This document shows, piece after piece, positions 50,901-64,000 of a stretch of 64,000 nt of DNA; positions within the stretch are counted from its first letter, which is position 1; every line of letters starts with the position of its first letter. The translations under genes were made by a program, and so were the position numbers. The notes below the pieces were generated by a model that saw only the letters and a program-made list of their open reading frames with translations, was not told where the DNA came from and ran no database searches. The DNA comes from Negaprion brevirostris (taxonomy: Eukaryota): positions 24,336,284 through 24,400,283 of the forward strand of contig JARDVH010000169.1 of assembly GCA_030324005.1 (NCBI GenBank), written 5' to 3'.

Positions 50901-51350
50901 ACACGCATTGTGCTCTTAAGCTGAAACGGCAATAAATTATTCATCTTCACTTGTAATTTTCTCCCCGTCATGGGCTGCCAGCAGCAGAACGAATTGACAT
51001 TCACCGAGAAACAGAGTGTGTGCAAACTGGCTCCCTGCTAAACAGGCAGACTGTTGAAACAAAATGGCTCACTTGCGACTTAAAAGGCTAAACCTCAGTC
51101 TGTGTCACAAAAACACACGCGGTTTATCGTACATGTATTTTCGAATTATATTTTTTACAAACATCCACAATAAAGAACTGATATAAATATTAATCAATTG
51201 TTTGTTTAAGTTTATACCACAGATAAAACTCAATTTAAAGACTNNNNNNNNNNNNNNNNNNNNNNNNNNNNNNNNNNNNNNNNNNNNNNNNNNNNNNNNN
51301 NNNNNNNNNNNNNNNNNNNNNNNNNNNNNNNNNNNNNNNNNNNNNNNNNN

Positions 51351-52250
51351 CTCATGGCTGACCTGATTATAATCTCAACTCCACATTCCTGCCTACCCCC
51401 AGATAACCTTTCACCCCCTTGTTAATCAAGAATCTATCCAGCTCCACCTTAATAATATTCAAAGACTCTGCTTCCACTGCCTTTTGAGGGTTCCAGAGAC
51501 TCACACCCCTCAAAGAAAAAAGTTCTCACCTCTGTCTTAAATGGATGACCCCTTAATTTAAAATCTAGTTTTAGATTTTCCCACTGGAGGAAACATCCTC
51601 TCCACATCCACCCTGTCAATACCCCTTAAGATCTACAAAGGTTTTGATTAAGTCACTTCTTACTCCACTAAACTCTACTGGATACAAACCTAACCTCTCC
51701 CAACTTTCCTCATAAGACAACCTGCCCATTCCTGGTATTAGTCTAGTAAACCTTCTCTGAACTGTTTTAATGCAGTTACGTGTTTCCTTAAGGGTGACAC
51801 AGTGGTTAGCGCAGCTGCCTCACAGTGCCAGAGACCTGAATTCAATTCCCAGCTTGGGTCACTGTCTGTGCAGAGTATGCAAGTTCTCCCCGTATCTGTG
51901 AGAGTTTCCTCCGGGTGCTCCATTTTCCTCCCACAGTCCAAAGATGTGCAGGTTAGAAGGATTGGCCATGATAAATTGCCCATTAGTGTCAGGGGATTAG
52001 CAGGAGTAAATATATGGGGTTATAGGGTCTGGTGGGTGGAGGGAAGCCGTTGTTGGTACAGGTTTGATGGGCCGAATGGTCTCCTTCTGCACTATAGAGA
52101 TTCTATGATTCTAAATAAGGAGACCAATACTGTATGCAATACTCCAGATGCCGTCTCTCCAATGCCCTGTACTGCTTAAGCACATTTTTGTAATCAATTC
52201 CCCTCACAATAACTGTTGACGTTCTTTAGCTTGCCTAATTACTTGTACCA
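51351..52250 (-). mobile_element. CR1 fragment (-) split by an HE1/V-SINE (+, about 51792-52111)
   Basis: CR1 sequence ttcctta|aataaggagacc rejoins across the SINE. Confidence 0.85.
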
Positions 52251-52669
52251 GACATACAAGCCAGTGCAATCAGGGCAGGAATAACAAGATCAGTGTTCAA
52301 GTGTCAGATCAAGCCCAATATCAGGTGCGATGGCTTCTCTTGTTAACTTGGATCTTGTTTGTCTGTTTTGTGGGAACCATGAATTGGATTCAATTTGATT
52401 TTTTTTTCGAGCAGGCAAGAAGCAGGATAACGGCTTGCCTGGTCTGCTCCACGCTTTGGCTTTGTAACGTTAAGAATGGAGGAAAAATTAAAAATTCAAC
52501 TTCCATCTTTCTCACAAGTCTATTCTTTCTGCTTCTCACTCTCTCTTCACTTGCTGCAAAATCTTGAACTCATTTCTAGGTAGGGAGTTCAGAACTGGAG
52601 TCACTAGTTTGTAAGTGGGTCCAAAGTGAATTCATAAATAATGTCTGCAGTGTTTTAAAGGGGAGATAG

Positions 52670-52978
52670 AGCTGGTGGTGTATTGGCAATGTTGCTGGAC
52701 TAGTAATCCAGAAATTTATGCAAATTCTCTGGAATGTGGGTTCAAATCCCACCATGGCAATTATGGTGGTGCTGTAGTTTTCTATGTTCTATGTGGAATT
52801 TGAATTAAATTAATAAATCTGGAATATGAAGCTCATGTTGGAAATGGTACCCGTGACAACCATCATTGTTCTAAAAGCCCATTTAATTCACTAATATCTT
52901 TTAAGGCAGGAAATCTATTGTCCTTACCTAGTCTGGCCTTCATGTGACTCACGTCAATGCCCTCTGAAATGGCTAGAA
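52670..52978 (+). mobile_element. Family-B tRNA-derived SINE
   Basis: ctggactagtaatccag...ggttcaaatcccacc head and family-B body. Confidence 0.75.
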
Positions 52979-53311
52979 ACTTTTGAATGCTGTCAGGTTC
53001 AAATTACAGAACCGTGGCTTAGTAAATGGTTGAATGGCCTACGCCTGTTCTATATTCATTCAGCCAACCTAGCCTCTGCTTTACAGAGGCCTCATCCCAA
53101 CCATCCTCATGTAACCCATTCANNNNNNNNNNNNNNNNNNNNNNNNNNNNNNNNNNNNNNNNNNNNNNNNNNNNNNNNNNNNNNNNNNNNNNNNNNNNNN
53201 NNNNNNNNNNNNNNNNNNNNNNCTGTTCTATATTCATTCAGCCAACCTAGCCTCTGCTTTACAGAGGCCTCATCCCAACCATCTTCATGTAACCCATTCA
53301 GGAAAAGCACA

Positions 53312-53618
53312 GGACGGCACAGTGGTTAGCACTGCTGCCTCACAGCACCAGGGACCCAGGTTCGATTCTTGGCCTCCGGTCACTGTCCGTGTGGAGTTTG
53401 CATGTTCTCCCTGTGTCTGTACGGGTTTCCTCTGGGTGCGCTGGTTTCCTTCCACAGTCCAAAAGACGTGTTGGTTAGGTGGTTTGGCTGTGCTAAAAAT
53501 TTAGCGTACCCGAACAGGCGTCGGAGTGTGGCGACACAGGGATTTTCACAGTAACTTCACCGTAATGTTAATGTAAGCCTACTTGTGACACTAATAAATA
53601 AACTTTAAATTAAACTTT
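53312..53618 (+). mobile_element. V-SINE with the alternative tail
   Basis: A box (cagtggttagc), B box (ggttcgattc), V-domain, and tail taccggaacagg-like ...gtaagcctacttgtgacactaataaataaac. Confidence 0.88.
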
Positions 53619-55674
53619 ATGCTGGGGACTAGTTGAAGCTCAAAAGATGGAGATCTGTAGATTTTCTTTTGTCCTGTAAGGGTATTCAGAGATGTGGAGC
53701 TAAGGTCTCAATAAGAGAATAGGTCTCAAAGTTTAGGTCAGCCATGATCTAATTAAAAGTCTCAAGATTTCTGAAGGGCCTACACTTGTTCTTTTGTACT
53801 GGGGAGAAAGGAAAACAGAAAAGGGACAGGAAATAGGGATTAGAAAGACGGAGCTGTCATGATAAACAAATCAGCAGAGGTTCAATAATCATCCTATAAT
53901 TGAAGGCAGTTTGGTCTGATTGAAAGTAGGGATAGTAAAATGGGTTTTAATATGGTATATGGGCTTTGTAATGGGTCACACTGTGGGTAGAACTGTAAGT
54001 CACACTATCTGCCGCGCGATGAGTTGTACCGAAGGCTGCTATTGTTAGACAGTAAGTGCCAAGGTTCACCTCATTGGGTGAGATAGAACCATAGAAAATT
54101 ACAACTCAGAAACAGGCCTTTTGGCCCTTCTTGTCTGTGCCGAACCATTTTTTGCCTAGTCCCACTGACCTGCACTTGAACNNNNNNNNNNNNNNNNNNN
54201 NNNNNNNNNNNNNNNNNNNNNNNNNNNNNNNNNNNNNNNNNNNNNNNNNNNNNNNNNNNNNNNNNNNNNNNNNNNNNNNNNCTTGTCTGTGCCGAACCAT
54301 TTTTTGCCTAGTCCCACTGACCTGCACTTGGACCATATCCCTCCACACCCCTCTCATCTGTGAACCCGTCCAATTTTTTCTTAAATATTAAAAGTGACCC
54401 TGCATTTACCACTTTATGTGGAAGATATACTTGTGAAATTGCACTTTTACTATCAGGACTTGAGAGGAGTGAGGCAAGGGTAAGAGAAATGGAGAGACAG
54501 AAAATAGGTGACAATATCACAAGGGTTTGCTCAAAGCTTGTGAGTGGTACGGACAATTACGCAATGAACATGATTGTGTCCAGTATACATTTTTCCTCTC
54601 TCTCAGAAGCAATTTTGTACCTCCTCAATTTATTCTCTCTGGATCTCCATCTCTCACAAAAGCACAAGCTGGCTGGCCCTTGGCATGTCTCAGTGAGTCG
54701 TCGCCAAATGTGAAATTGTACAGAGAAACTTCTGCTTTCCGCTTGGTGCCCCAACCGCATCACTGCTCCTCACCATTTTAAGGCATGACGTTGGGTATCA
54801 TAGAAACAAACTCACACTCTGTCCTGCCTGGGGCAATACCATTGTAGCTTGGAATAAAATCACTGTCGGATAAGTCAAGGTGGAAGTAACTAGTGCAAAC
54901 TTCCAGTGGCGCAAGAAGTGAACCAAATCAACATGAGTAACATCAACTTTCGAGAATGGATTTGTTTCATACAGGATGACAGGGCAAGTTCTGGAAATGT
55001 TTCACCCTACAGCATTCACTAGATGCTGCTGCTAATGAAGTGTTGAAATACTCTCCAGACATTGCTACTAAATGTTTAGTCTCAAGCAGAGCAGACAGCA
55101 TTATCGTTCTGGGATGAGGTGGCACGTGGGAGCACTTCCGAACAACTTCAAGATATGTCAGTGTCTGTGCTACATCTGCGCATCAACAAACAGCTCTATA
55201 TATTGTGCTGCCTTCTGGAACATCCCCAGAATCATGTCAGAACCAAGAGAAAATACTTTTTTTCGAATAAAGTAACAAGCAGTTCCAAGCACTGCTTTGT
55301 GTCTGATGCTTCAGGCCCCTTTACAGTTCCTCAGTAAAAAGAAATCAAGCTTGATATTAAATTCAGGCGTTAATTGTGAAATGTAATGAGGTAAGACGTA
55401 GCAAGGATTCAAACATAAATCCCAAATGAAAACTTGCTTCTGGGGATGTACACCCTGGTACTTAGTTACCCTGGATGGTGAAGCCAGCATAAGTGAACCA
55501 CTTCAACTTTGAGTCTTTCTATCCAGTAGTCATGACAGCACTTGATTTTCATGAATCCCAATTCTCCTTTCCTCCATCTTTTTGACATCCACATTCCTCT
55601 TAAAACAAATCAACCAATTCTTCATGTGATTGTCAAAGATGTCTACCACATCCACACAACCATCTGGAATGGAA

Positions 55675-55916
55675 TAAAAGCAAAACCGTGGATGCTGGAA
55701 TCTGAAACAAAAACAGAAAATGCTGGAAAATCGCAGCAGGTCTGACAGTATCTGCGAAGAGTGAATAGGGCCAACGTTTCAAGTCGGGATAGCCCTTCGA
55801 AGGGTCTTCCAGACTCGAAACATTGGCTCTATTCAGGGGGTCATCCAGACTCGAAATGTTGGCTCTATTCTCTCTCCAGAGATGCTGTCAGACCTGCTGC
55901 AATTTTCCAGCATTTT
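55675..55916. mobile_element. Palindromic (inverted-repeat) Penelope-type element
   Basis: Arms of about 70 bp (55717-55785 and about 55848-55916) are reverse complements; internal 33-bp direct duplication. Confidence 0.7.
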
Positions 55917-56874
55917 GAATGGAAGTTCTGTCTCCTCATTGCTGCCTAATCATGAAACAAAATCCCCAAAAAAACAGGACAGTGAACCAGAGATGGCGGA
56001 TGATGTCAACTGGGAGAACAACAGGGCTGCGTTGTTACAGCGCCTTTTACCATCTCAGAATATCCACATTCACAACCAATGGAGCACTTACTTTTGAAGT
56101 GTGGCCACTGTTGTGATGTGGTAACCTTTACGCACAGAGCAAGCATTCACCGACAGCAAAGTGTCAATGCTTTAGTGTTGATTAATGCTTGGTGAAAGCT
56201 TCCCAAGACACTGGGGCCAGGATTTTACAGCCCCTCCTGACCAGTCGAATATTAAGAGTCCCACTGTGGTAAATGACAATCTAAATGGCAGGCTTCAAAT
56301 CACTCCCTTGCTCTTAAATCATGGGACTATATATGCTATCTATGTATTCGCATAAATTGAAGACTGCAAAACCAATGCAGCTGAGAAATGATCCATGCCG
56401 AGCCATGGACCTCATCATACCTTTCCACTGAAACCACAATAGCAATAAGCCATTCTCTACAAATCACAACTCATCAGCTGGTCTCACCACCTATTGTTGA
56501 TATAGATGCTGTTCCAAGATCGTTGCTCTGCGCCTATCAGAGAATTCTGATCTTAGCCACGCTTTTGAAAGAACAGAGGTGCAAGAGAGCAAGACGTCAA
56601 AAGGATTCATCTTGCACCAAGACCTGGAGGCTCCAAAACCATTCTGTGAACTGACACTTTGCAAGAGCCAGTCTTGCCCAGACAATGAACCAATTTATAG
56701 AAACCGCAGCAGGTACAAACCACACCCGAGTCACGAGCTGTATGATTAGGCTTAGCTTTACATACCTACACAGGTTCACTCCTGTCATGAGCTGCCCACT
56801 CTACTAACTACATCCTCAGTGGCTTCATTCTTTCTGCTACATGTTGCAGGTATTACACTACCCAAGTACCCGAA

Positions 56875-57060
56875 CCAGGACAAGACTTACTCAGTTAATG
56901 GTAGGGCATTGGGGCGAGTTAGAGGACAAAAGAGATCCAGGGGAACAAGTTGAAAGTGGAGTCACAGGGTGGTGAAGCATGCTTGGTTTCATTGGTCAGA
57001 ACATTGAATACAGAAGTTGGGACATCTTATTGAAGTTATACAAGACATTGGTAAGGCCAT
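56875..57060 (+). mobile_element. CR1 RT fragment
   Basis: cattgaatacagaagttgggacatcttattgaagttatacaagacattggtaaggcca encodes IEYRSWDILLKLYKTLVRP. Confidence 0.75.
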
Positions 57061-57459
57061 AGGTCGAACACTTTAGGGTCATCACCAGCTGTGCAAAATC
57101 TGCCTGCTGGGCCCCAGCCCAATTTCAAGCTGCCAAAGCAGCTATAGACACTGGACTGGCTTTTACTATTGGGGAGTTATGTCCCTTCTTTGACTCCTCA
57201 AGTTTAAATATGCATCGAAAGTACTACTATTTGGAGTATGGGGACTTGTTCTAGCAATTAAGCATGGGCGGCAGCGACATGAAGACTGGATTAGGAGCCA
57301 GGTAGAGATGGAATTCCAGAAGGACAAAACCCAATTACTACAGTTAATATCAACTAACTGTTTCTTCAACTCCTCCAGTCCCTATAGACAAGCAGCCCCA
57401 ATAGTGGATTTCCTTTTCTTTGCCAAAAACCATCTGAACCTTCATAAGATGATCAGGTG

Positions 57460-57790
57460 AGATGGTGGGATGGTAGTAATATCACTGGACTAGTAATCCA
57501 AAGACCCAGGCTGACGCTCTGGGGACAAGGGGGTCAAATCCCATCACGGCAGCTGGTGGAATTGAAATTCAATTAATAAAATTTGGAATACAAAGCAACT
57601 ATCAAGATTGTTTTGTGATTGTTTTTGCTGGTTCACTGATGGTGTTCAGGGAAGATAATCTGCCATCCATACCTGGTCTGGCTGACATGTGACTCCAGGC
57701 CCACAGGAAAGTTTGAGGGTAATTAGGAATGGGCAGCAAAGACTGGCCTTGCCGGCAATGCCCACATCCTATGGAGAAATGTTTTAAAAA
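57460..57790 (+). mobile_element. Family-B tRNA-derived SINE, near full length
   Basis: Head, body and gggtaattaggaatgggc tail all present. Confidence 0.8.
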
Positions 57791-60589
57791 TTCTTTATCA
57801 GAATAGGTTTATGAAAGCCACATAACTTGTGATTTATGATGCTCCATAATAAATCTGATCTGCTTATGGTGAGTGATGGAACGACAACTCAAAAATCATC
57901 CTTAATTTGAGAAGGAAGCTACATCTCAATTTGTTTCATCTCCCTGTAAATGGGAACTGTATACAATCACTCTGCTTTTGTTACCTGTGTAACAAGACTT
58001 CAGGATGTTCATTAGCTGTAAAGCGCTGTGGGATTATAACAAATCGTATTTATTAAAGTGCCTTAAATGGAAAGAATACACCCTGAAGCATTTCACAGCA
58101 GTATAAGGACATTGATAAGGAACTAGATAAACACAAGTTACTTCTCAACAAAAACAAGATCTCACCAATTTGCAGGTGAAGTAAAGCCTCCTAAACTGTG
58201 GATGTAAAGCATTATTGTCTTGGCAACAGCTGTGTTCGAGACAAACTGCTGCTCAAAATATATCCCAACTTCAATTTACTTTCAATGTTGGCAACGGGAG
58301 GGGCATTACTCCTCAGTGTCTTTTACAACCACATTATTATTCAGCATCTAGTAGTTCAAGGTGCCTTCAACAGAAAATAGCACCTCACACAAGCACAAAG
58401 ACACAAACTGGATAAAAACATGGTCCTGTTCTCTTCCAAAAAAGCTGCAGGAAAATGCAAGGCCAGCTTTTAGAACAACGAGTCATGGCAAATACTCAAT
58501 GATTAGAATGAATGATTAAACCCTGCTCTGTTTCCGAGGAAAGATTTCCAAAAGGGCAAAATCCATACCCTGATGGACTTCCCGGTTAGGAGACCTGAAT
58601 GCAATTCTGTTGTCAGCCGGTATCAAAAGGTTCACCTTCCTCACAGGACGGTTCGAAACTCAGGAGATCAGCCAAAACTTCTGATCGAGTTCAAGCGTTC
58701 TTGAAAGCACTGATTGGGAAACAAAGCACGGCCTGGGTTACATTAGAAAAAAATGCACATTCGATTGCATTGGCCCAATTCCAAATTAAAAGGGCCATGA
58801 GGATGGAATTGGATGGCGGGGGAGGGGAGGGAATACGTGGGTGGCTGACAGAACCTAAACTTAGGCTGCAGTTTCAAATTCCAATCATTGCCAGAGGATT
58901 GGAGACACTGAGGAATGTCACTTAAGAGTACCAACTAAAAACAGAAGACCAGCAAAATAAAATCCTACAAAGAATAACAGGAAGTGTTGGGTCGTGTGCA
59001 CAGTGTCAAAAATGGATTTTGCTTGCAGCAATCTTTCTTTTGGAGAAGTGTTGGGGAAAATGCTCCTTACTTGTAACATTCTCACTCATTTGAGTTTCAG
59101 ATGTCAGCCAACCTCAAAGAGAACATCAGAAGTGTCCGGAGATGGGCTCTAATTGCTTTTGGACAAATGAGCATACCTTACATTTCCCAGGGGCAAAAGC
59201 CAGGATCCAAGCGTCAAATGCCATGGCAAATTAGTCTAAAGTTTGTGAGGATTGGACAATGTTCAGCCTCCCAGCCTCAGTGTACAATACTGATAAATTG
59301 TCTGTTTGCCTCAACTGCCAGGTCAACTTTAGCACAGCGGTGATATTTAGCTACTGGCCATTTGTACATCATTAACTTTGGAGTCTGAGAAGTTAGAACA
59401 CTTTAGCTGAATCACATTTTGTGGATGGTGACTGGATAATCCCCAAGATGGCTGACAAAGCAGCACAACCGAAAAAGAACGCTGAAAAGATGTTTTAAAA
59501 GTGAAATCAGCTATACAAGTGACTTTCCTCCCTCCTTCCCACGATGGTCTAATTTAAAAAGGCACCAGCCTTGTTGCCAAATTAGGAGTTTCACAAACAA
59601 ACCCAGCACCAAGCTTCTTAGATGCATGTGCAGATATCTCGTGACATTGCTCACCAGTCAGAAGCTACGTGGTTTTATAATAAGTGAAGTGCTGTGCCCT
59701 GAAATGGTTGGGGCACAGTTCAACTACCATGCTGCTGTATACAATCCAGCCTTTCTCTTCAGTGCCCCAAAGTCTCCATGCTGCAAGTATGGCACACCCA
59801 GAGGACAATAAGTTAATGCTTTTGGTTGGCAGGTGCTTGCAAATTCTCTGGCTCCCAATCTCAAAGAAAACAGCATGAAGTAACTGCCCAACTTTCAACT
59901 CTGCTGGCACTTTGAAATCTGGTGTCTGGAGTGTGACAGATGCCAGACAGAAAACGCACTCCCCTCCTGAGATGCTGCTGAACAGGTCAGAAGAATGGGT
60001 CACTCGACATAGGCAGGAATATTATTTCAATTGAAACAAAGGTATATTATTGAGCAGGCGTTTATAGATAACAAAATCTGACAATACTAATTATTAAGCA
60101 GTTTCAACGAAAATTTTATTGCAGTTTAAGCTGGAAATTGGATCCTTGATATGGTTTCGAAATGGTCCCTTGCTCTAATAATCTGGAGACATCCTAAGCG
60201 ATGGCCTTAATTTTTAAAGATGTGTCTTCAAACGTGACAGCAGAAATTTGCATTTAACAGCGCGTGACATCTGAAGTGTGACCGACAGGAAATGCATACG
60301 TGAAGTGTAATATTAAAGATAGATTCACTATATTTATCCCCTGTTTAGGGCCTCACTGCACTGTTGGCAAATGGCCATTAAAATGTAAATTAAGCATCAC
60401 TAAACATACTGCAGGCCCTTACGGATCAGAAAGTCCCAGGTTCTGTTCCCAGTCTAACTACAGCCAAGGTAGCTGCGGGGCAACATTTCTGCTCCGGAAA
60501 AATGGCCTCGACTTAATCATCCACTTGTTTGTGTGCCAGGTCAGGACAGCAGTAAAGTTCAGCCATCGAGCTTCCGACAGTCATTAAAT

Positions 60590-62525
60590 CCTGCCGCCAA
60601 TTACTGTCGTTCGTATCTACCTCTGGTTTCTGCCATCCCCTCTCCAGCTCGCCTTGTCCATGAGATCCATCCTCTGCTCCCTCAAAACTAACTTTCCTAC
60701 TAAACTGATCAGCCAATCTCCCCACCTGATCCCCATGTTAGCTCAACTCTTAATGGTTCTCCCTCTACAGATGTAATCTCTCTCTTCTTTCAATCTGCCA
60801 TCATCACCTGTCTCCTCCAAAAACCCCAACATCCTTGCAAATTACTGTCCCATCCCATGGTGACATTTTGGCACAGTGGATAGCACTGCTGCTTCACAGT
60901 GCCAGGGACCTGGATTTGATTCCTGGCTTGGGTCGCTGTCTGTGTGGAATTTGCACATTCTCCCCGTGTCTGCATGGGTCTCCTCTGGATGTTTCCTCCC
61001 ACAGTCCAAACATGTGCGGGTTAGATGGATTGGCCTTGCTAAATTGATCCTTAGTCTCAGGGAAACTAGCTAGGGTCAATGCATGGGGTTATGGGGATGG
61101 GGCCTAGGTGAGATTGTGATCGGTGCAGACTTGATGGGCCAAACGGTCTCCTTCTGCACTGTAGGATTCTAGATTCTAACCTCCCATTCCTCTCCAAAGT
61201 CCTTGGATAAGTTGCTACCTCCCAAATCCATGTCCATGTCCTGGAACTCTTGTTGTGAGAATCCTTCCAATCAGGTTTCTAACATGCCACAGCACCAAGA
61301 TGGCTCTCATCAAAGTCACAAATGGCCTCAAACATGACTGTGACAAAGGTAAATGACCCTTCCTCATTTTATGTGACCTGTCTACACTTTGACATGGTTG
61401 ACCACACCATCCTCCTCCAATGCCTCATAACTATGGTCCAGTCAGGTGGGGCTGCTCTCACCTATCTGTGTAATCAGAGCCAGAGCATTGGCTTTTCTTC
61501 CTGCTCCCACACCATTCCCACTGGTGTTCCCCAGGGATCTATTCTTCCCCACCCCATCCTCCCATTCTGCATCTATGCCTCGGTGACATGGTCTGAAAGC
61601 ACAGCAGTATTATTCACAGGTGCATCGATGACTCCTAGCTTTATCTCAGCACCACCATTCCACTCCTCCATTGTTACTAAATTATTGAACAGCTTGTCTG
61701 ACATCCAATACTGGATGAGCAGAAATATCCTTCAATTTAATGTTGGGTAGACAGAAGCCATTTTCTTTTGTCCCCACTATAAGTGGTGTTTGCATAGGCT
61801 CCAATTCCATCCCTCTCCCTGGGGGCTGTTTGAGGCTGAATGAGTCTCTTCACTACTTTGATGTCATTTTTTTATCCCAAGCTAAACTTCTGCCCACTAA
61901 CCTGCACAATAACTAAGCGCGCTTAATTCCAGCCCAGTAACATTCTCCAACTTTACATCACCTTAGCTTGTCTGTTACTGCCATCCTCGTTCATGCCTGT
62001 AACCCCTAGACTTGGCTATTTAAAAGCACTCATTGCAGTGTCCCACATTCCACCCTCCTCTGACTTGAGGTTATCTGTGTCTCATGTCGCACTAAGTCTT
62101 ACTCACTCATCAGCTCTGTACTTGCCAACCTACACCAGCTTCTGCTTAAGCACCAATTCAATTCCAAGATTATTGTCCTTATTTTCAAATCCCTACATGA
62201 CGTCATCCCTCGACCTCTCAGTAATCTCCTCCAGCCCCACAACCCCCCCAGATATTGGTGCTTGTCTAATTCTGGTCTTTTGACCACTCTCAATTTTAAT
62301 CACTCCATCATTGGTTACCATGTCATCAGCTGCCTGGGCTCTACATCTGTCCACCTCTTTGCCTCTATTTCTTTCTTTGTCTCCTAAAACCTCTTTCTTT
62401 TGACCAGGCATTTGACCATTTGCTCCAGGTTCGTTGTGACATTTTGCTTTGTAAAGTTCCTGAGAAGTGCTTTGGGATTTTTCCATATTAAAGCCCCTAT
62501 ATAAATACAATGGTTCTTGTTGTTT
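60590..62525 (+). mobile_element. Degenerate L2 LINE (RT region and 3' end) with a nested HE1/V-SINE (about 60865-61176)
   Basis: ORF 61322..61750 has FDMVDHTILLQ, GVPQGSIL and WMSRNILQFN RT motifs. The L2 sequence rejoins across the SINE. Confidence 0.85.
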
Positions 62526-62764
62526 TCATCATTCACCGTGAACAGAATACTTGGGTGAAACACAGGAAACTGAATGAGTCACTGCAGTGAGGAGAGAAGT
62601 GGACGAAAGGAAGGAAGAAGTGAAGAAGGGTTCCGGTTGGTTGAATTGATGATTTTCTCTCCATGGAACCCTCTGTTCTCTGTTTTCTGCCCTCCCTCTG
62701 CCCCTCAAACAATATAACAATGTGAGGACTCTTTATTCCAGACACTTCAGACATGTTTAGTTGC

Positions 62765-63305
62765 ATTTTTTAAATTCATTCGTGGAACATGGGCGTCGCT
62801 GGCTGGGCAGCATTTATTACCCATCCCTAGTTACCCTTGAAACTGACTGGTATTTCAAAGGGCAATTGAGAGTCAACCACATTACTGTGGATCTGGAGTC
62901 ACATGTAAACCACACCAGATAAAGATGGCAGATTTCCTTCCCTAGAAGGAACATTAGTGAACCCCATGGGTTTTTCCAACAATTGACAATTTCGTGGTCA
63001 TCAGTAGATTCTTAATTCCAGATTTTTTTTTAGTGACTTCAAATTCCACCATCTACCGTGGTGGGATTCGAATCCAGGTCCCCAGAACATTAGATGAGTT
63101 TCTGGATTAATAGTCTAGCAATAAGACCAGTAGGCCATCACAACCCCTAATCCTGTTGCACCCCGGCTGAGACTAGCTTTCATTTCCAGATTTAATTGAA
63201 AATAAATTCCACCAGCAGCCATAGTGATCTTTGAACCAGTCATCCTAGTTTAGCCTGAGCCTCAGGATTACGGGTTCAATGGCACTTACACCATACCACT
63301 GTCTT
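62765..63305 (-). mobile_element. Family-B SINEs (one near full length, one 5' fragment)
   Basis: Reverse-complement similarity to 57460-57790. Confidence 0.8.
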
Positions 63306-63379
63306 CCCCTGAGGTTCCATCCTATTGCCTCATCAGTAATTCTCAATAAAATCATACCTCAACTTAGTTAATACTGTTT

Positions 63380-63572
63380 TAAAGTTTATTTATTATTGTC
63401 ACAAGTAGGCTTACATTAACGCTGCAATGAAGTTATTGTGAAAATCTCTGAGTCGCTCCAGCGCCTGTTCGGGTACACTGAGGGAGAATTTAGATGGCCA
63501 ATTCACCTAACCTGCACATCTTTGGAGTGGGAAGAAACCACAGCACTTGGAGGAAACCCACGCAGACATGGT
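63380..63572 (-). mobile_element. V-SINE 3' part with the alternative tail
   Basis: Similar to 40105-40310 and 48432-48620. Confidence 0.8.
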
Positions 63573-64000
63573 GGGTTTACATCGTGTTATTCAGCTCCGA
63601 TTTTTCCAAGTGTTATGAGCAAGGAGTTTGAACTTTTTACATTAACTTTGGGATTAGGCAGAGAGGACTGCCATTTCCAAGTGATCTACGCAGTTCCTGT
63701 TTACTCTACTGCAGAGGAATGTTCCCTAATGGAGGCCAAAGACTAAATAAGGAAACAAACAGAACTTTCTAAACCACTGCTAAACATTAAAAAGTGAACA
63801 GGGGGCAAAGTTCATTCATGTGGAAACTCCCAGGGCAGCTCTGCCTACATGGGAAGATATAATATATATCTTATAGCCAATTTGTGACATTGGCCACTCC
63901 ATGAAATGGACAGTCAAATTGCCCATTTTTTGAAGTGGACAGCTTACCTGCACGGTTTATGGAGTTGTTGGCCATTCGGTTCATTAAATGGGTAGCAGAA

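Noticed and set aside
53047-53299. Near-exact 75-bp direct repeat on either side of a 100-N gap
   Set aside because: Typical scaffolding artefact from overlapping contig ends.
54130-54330. Direct repeat flanking a 100-N gap
   Set aside because: Same gap-overlap artefact, inside a CR1 tail.
61322-61750. Functional reverse transcriptase gene
   Set aside because: Frameshifted, with no intact YADD motif; a decayed L2 fragment.
47334-64000. Upstream ZMIZ N-terminal exons (e.g. [23 protein letters not shown])
   Set aside because: Not found by eye on the minus strand; probably beyond the window or in a gap. tBLASTn is needed to exclude them.

Overview
Vertebrate genomic DNA from a gapped draft assembly, almost certainly a shark or other elasmobranch judging by its repeats (HE1/V-SINEs, CR1, DeuSINE, Penelope-type remnants). 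The window holds the 3' 18 coding exons of one ZMIZ-family gene (SP-RING/MIZ zinc-finger co-activator) on the minus strand, 47333 down to the stop at 9180. All 17 introns are GT-AG with matching phases, giving about 970 codons and an approximately 3.6-kb 3' UTR ending near an AATAAA at 5568-5573. Overall the protein resembles human ZMIZ1, but it carries several ZMIZ2-type residues and indels and still keeps the last exon of the ZMIZ1 N-terminal (TPR-like) domain. It is best read as a slowly evolving ZMIZ2 that retained the ancestral N-terminus; the more 5' exons were not found here. Paralogue comparisons use recalled human sequences and need alignment. Two candidate internal promoters/alternative first exons (about 50.4-50.9 kb and 45.5-45.8 kb) could make short isoforms. 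Introns contain nested SINE/LINE insertions, degenerate hammerhead-ribozyme-like elements, inverted duplications and a 27-bp minisatellite. No prokaryote-type system (CRISPR, operon) is present.
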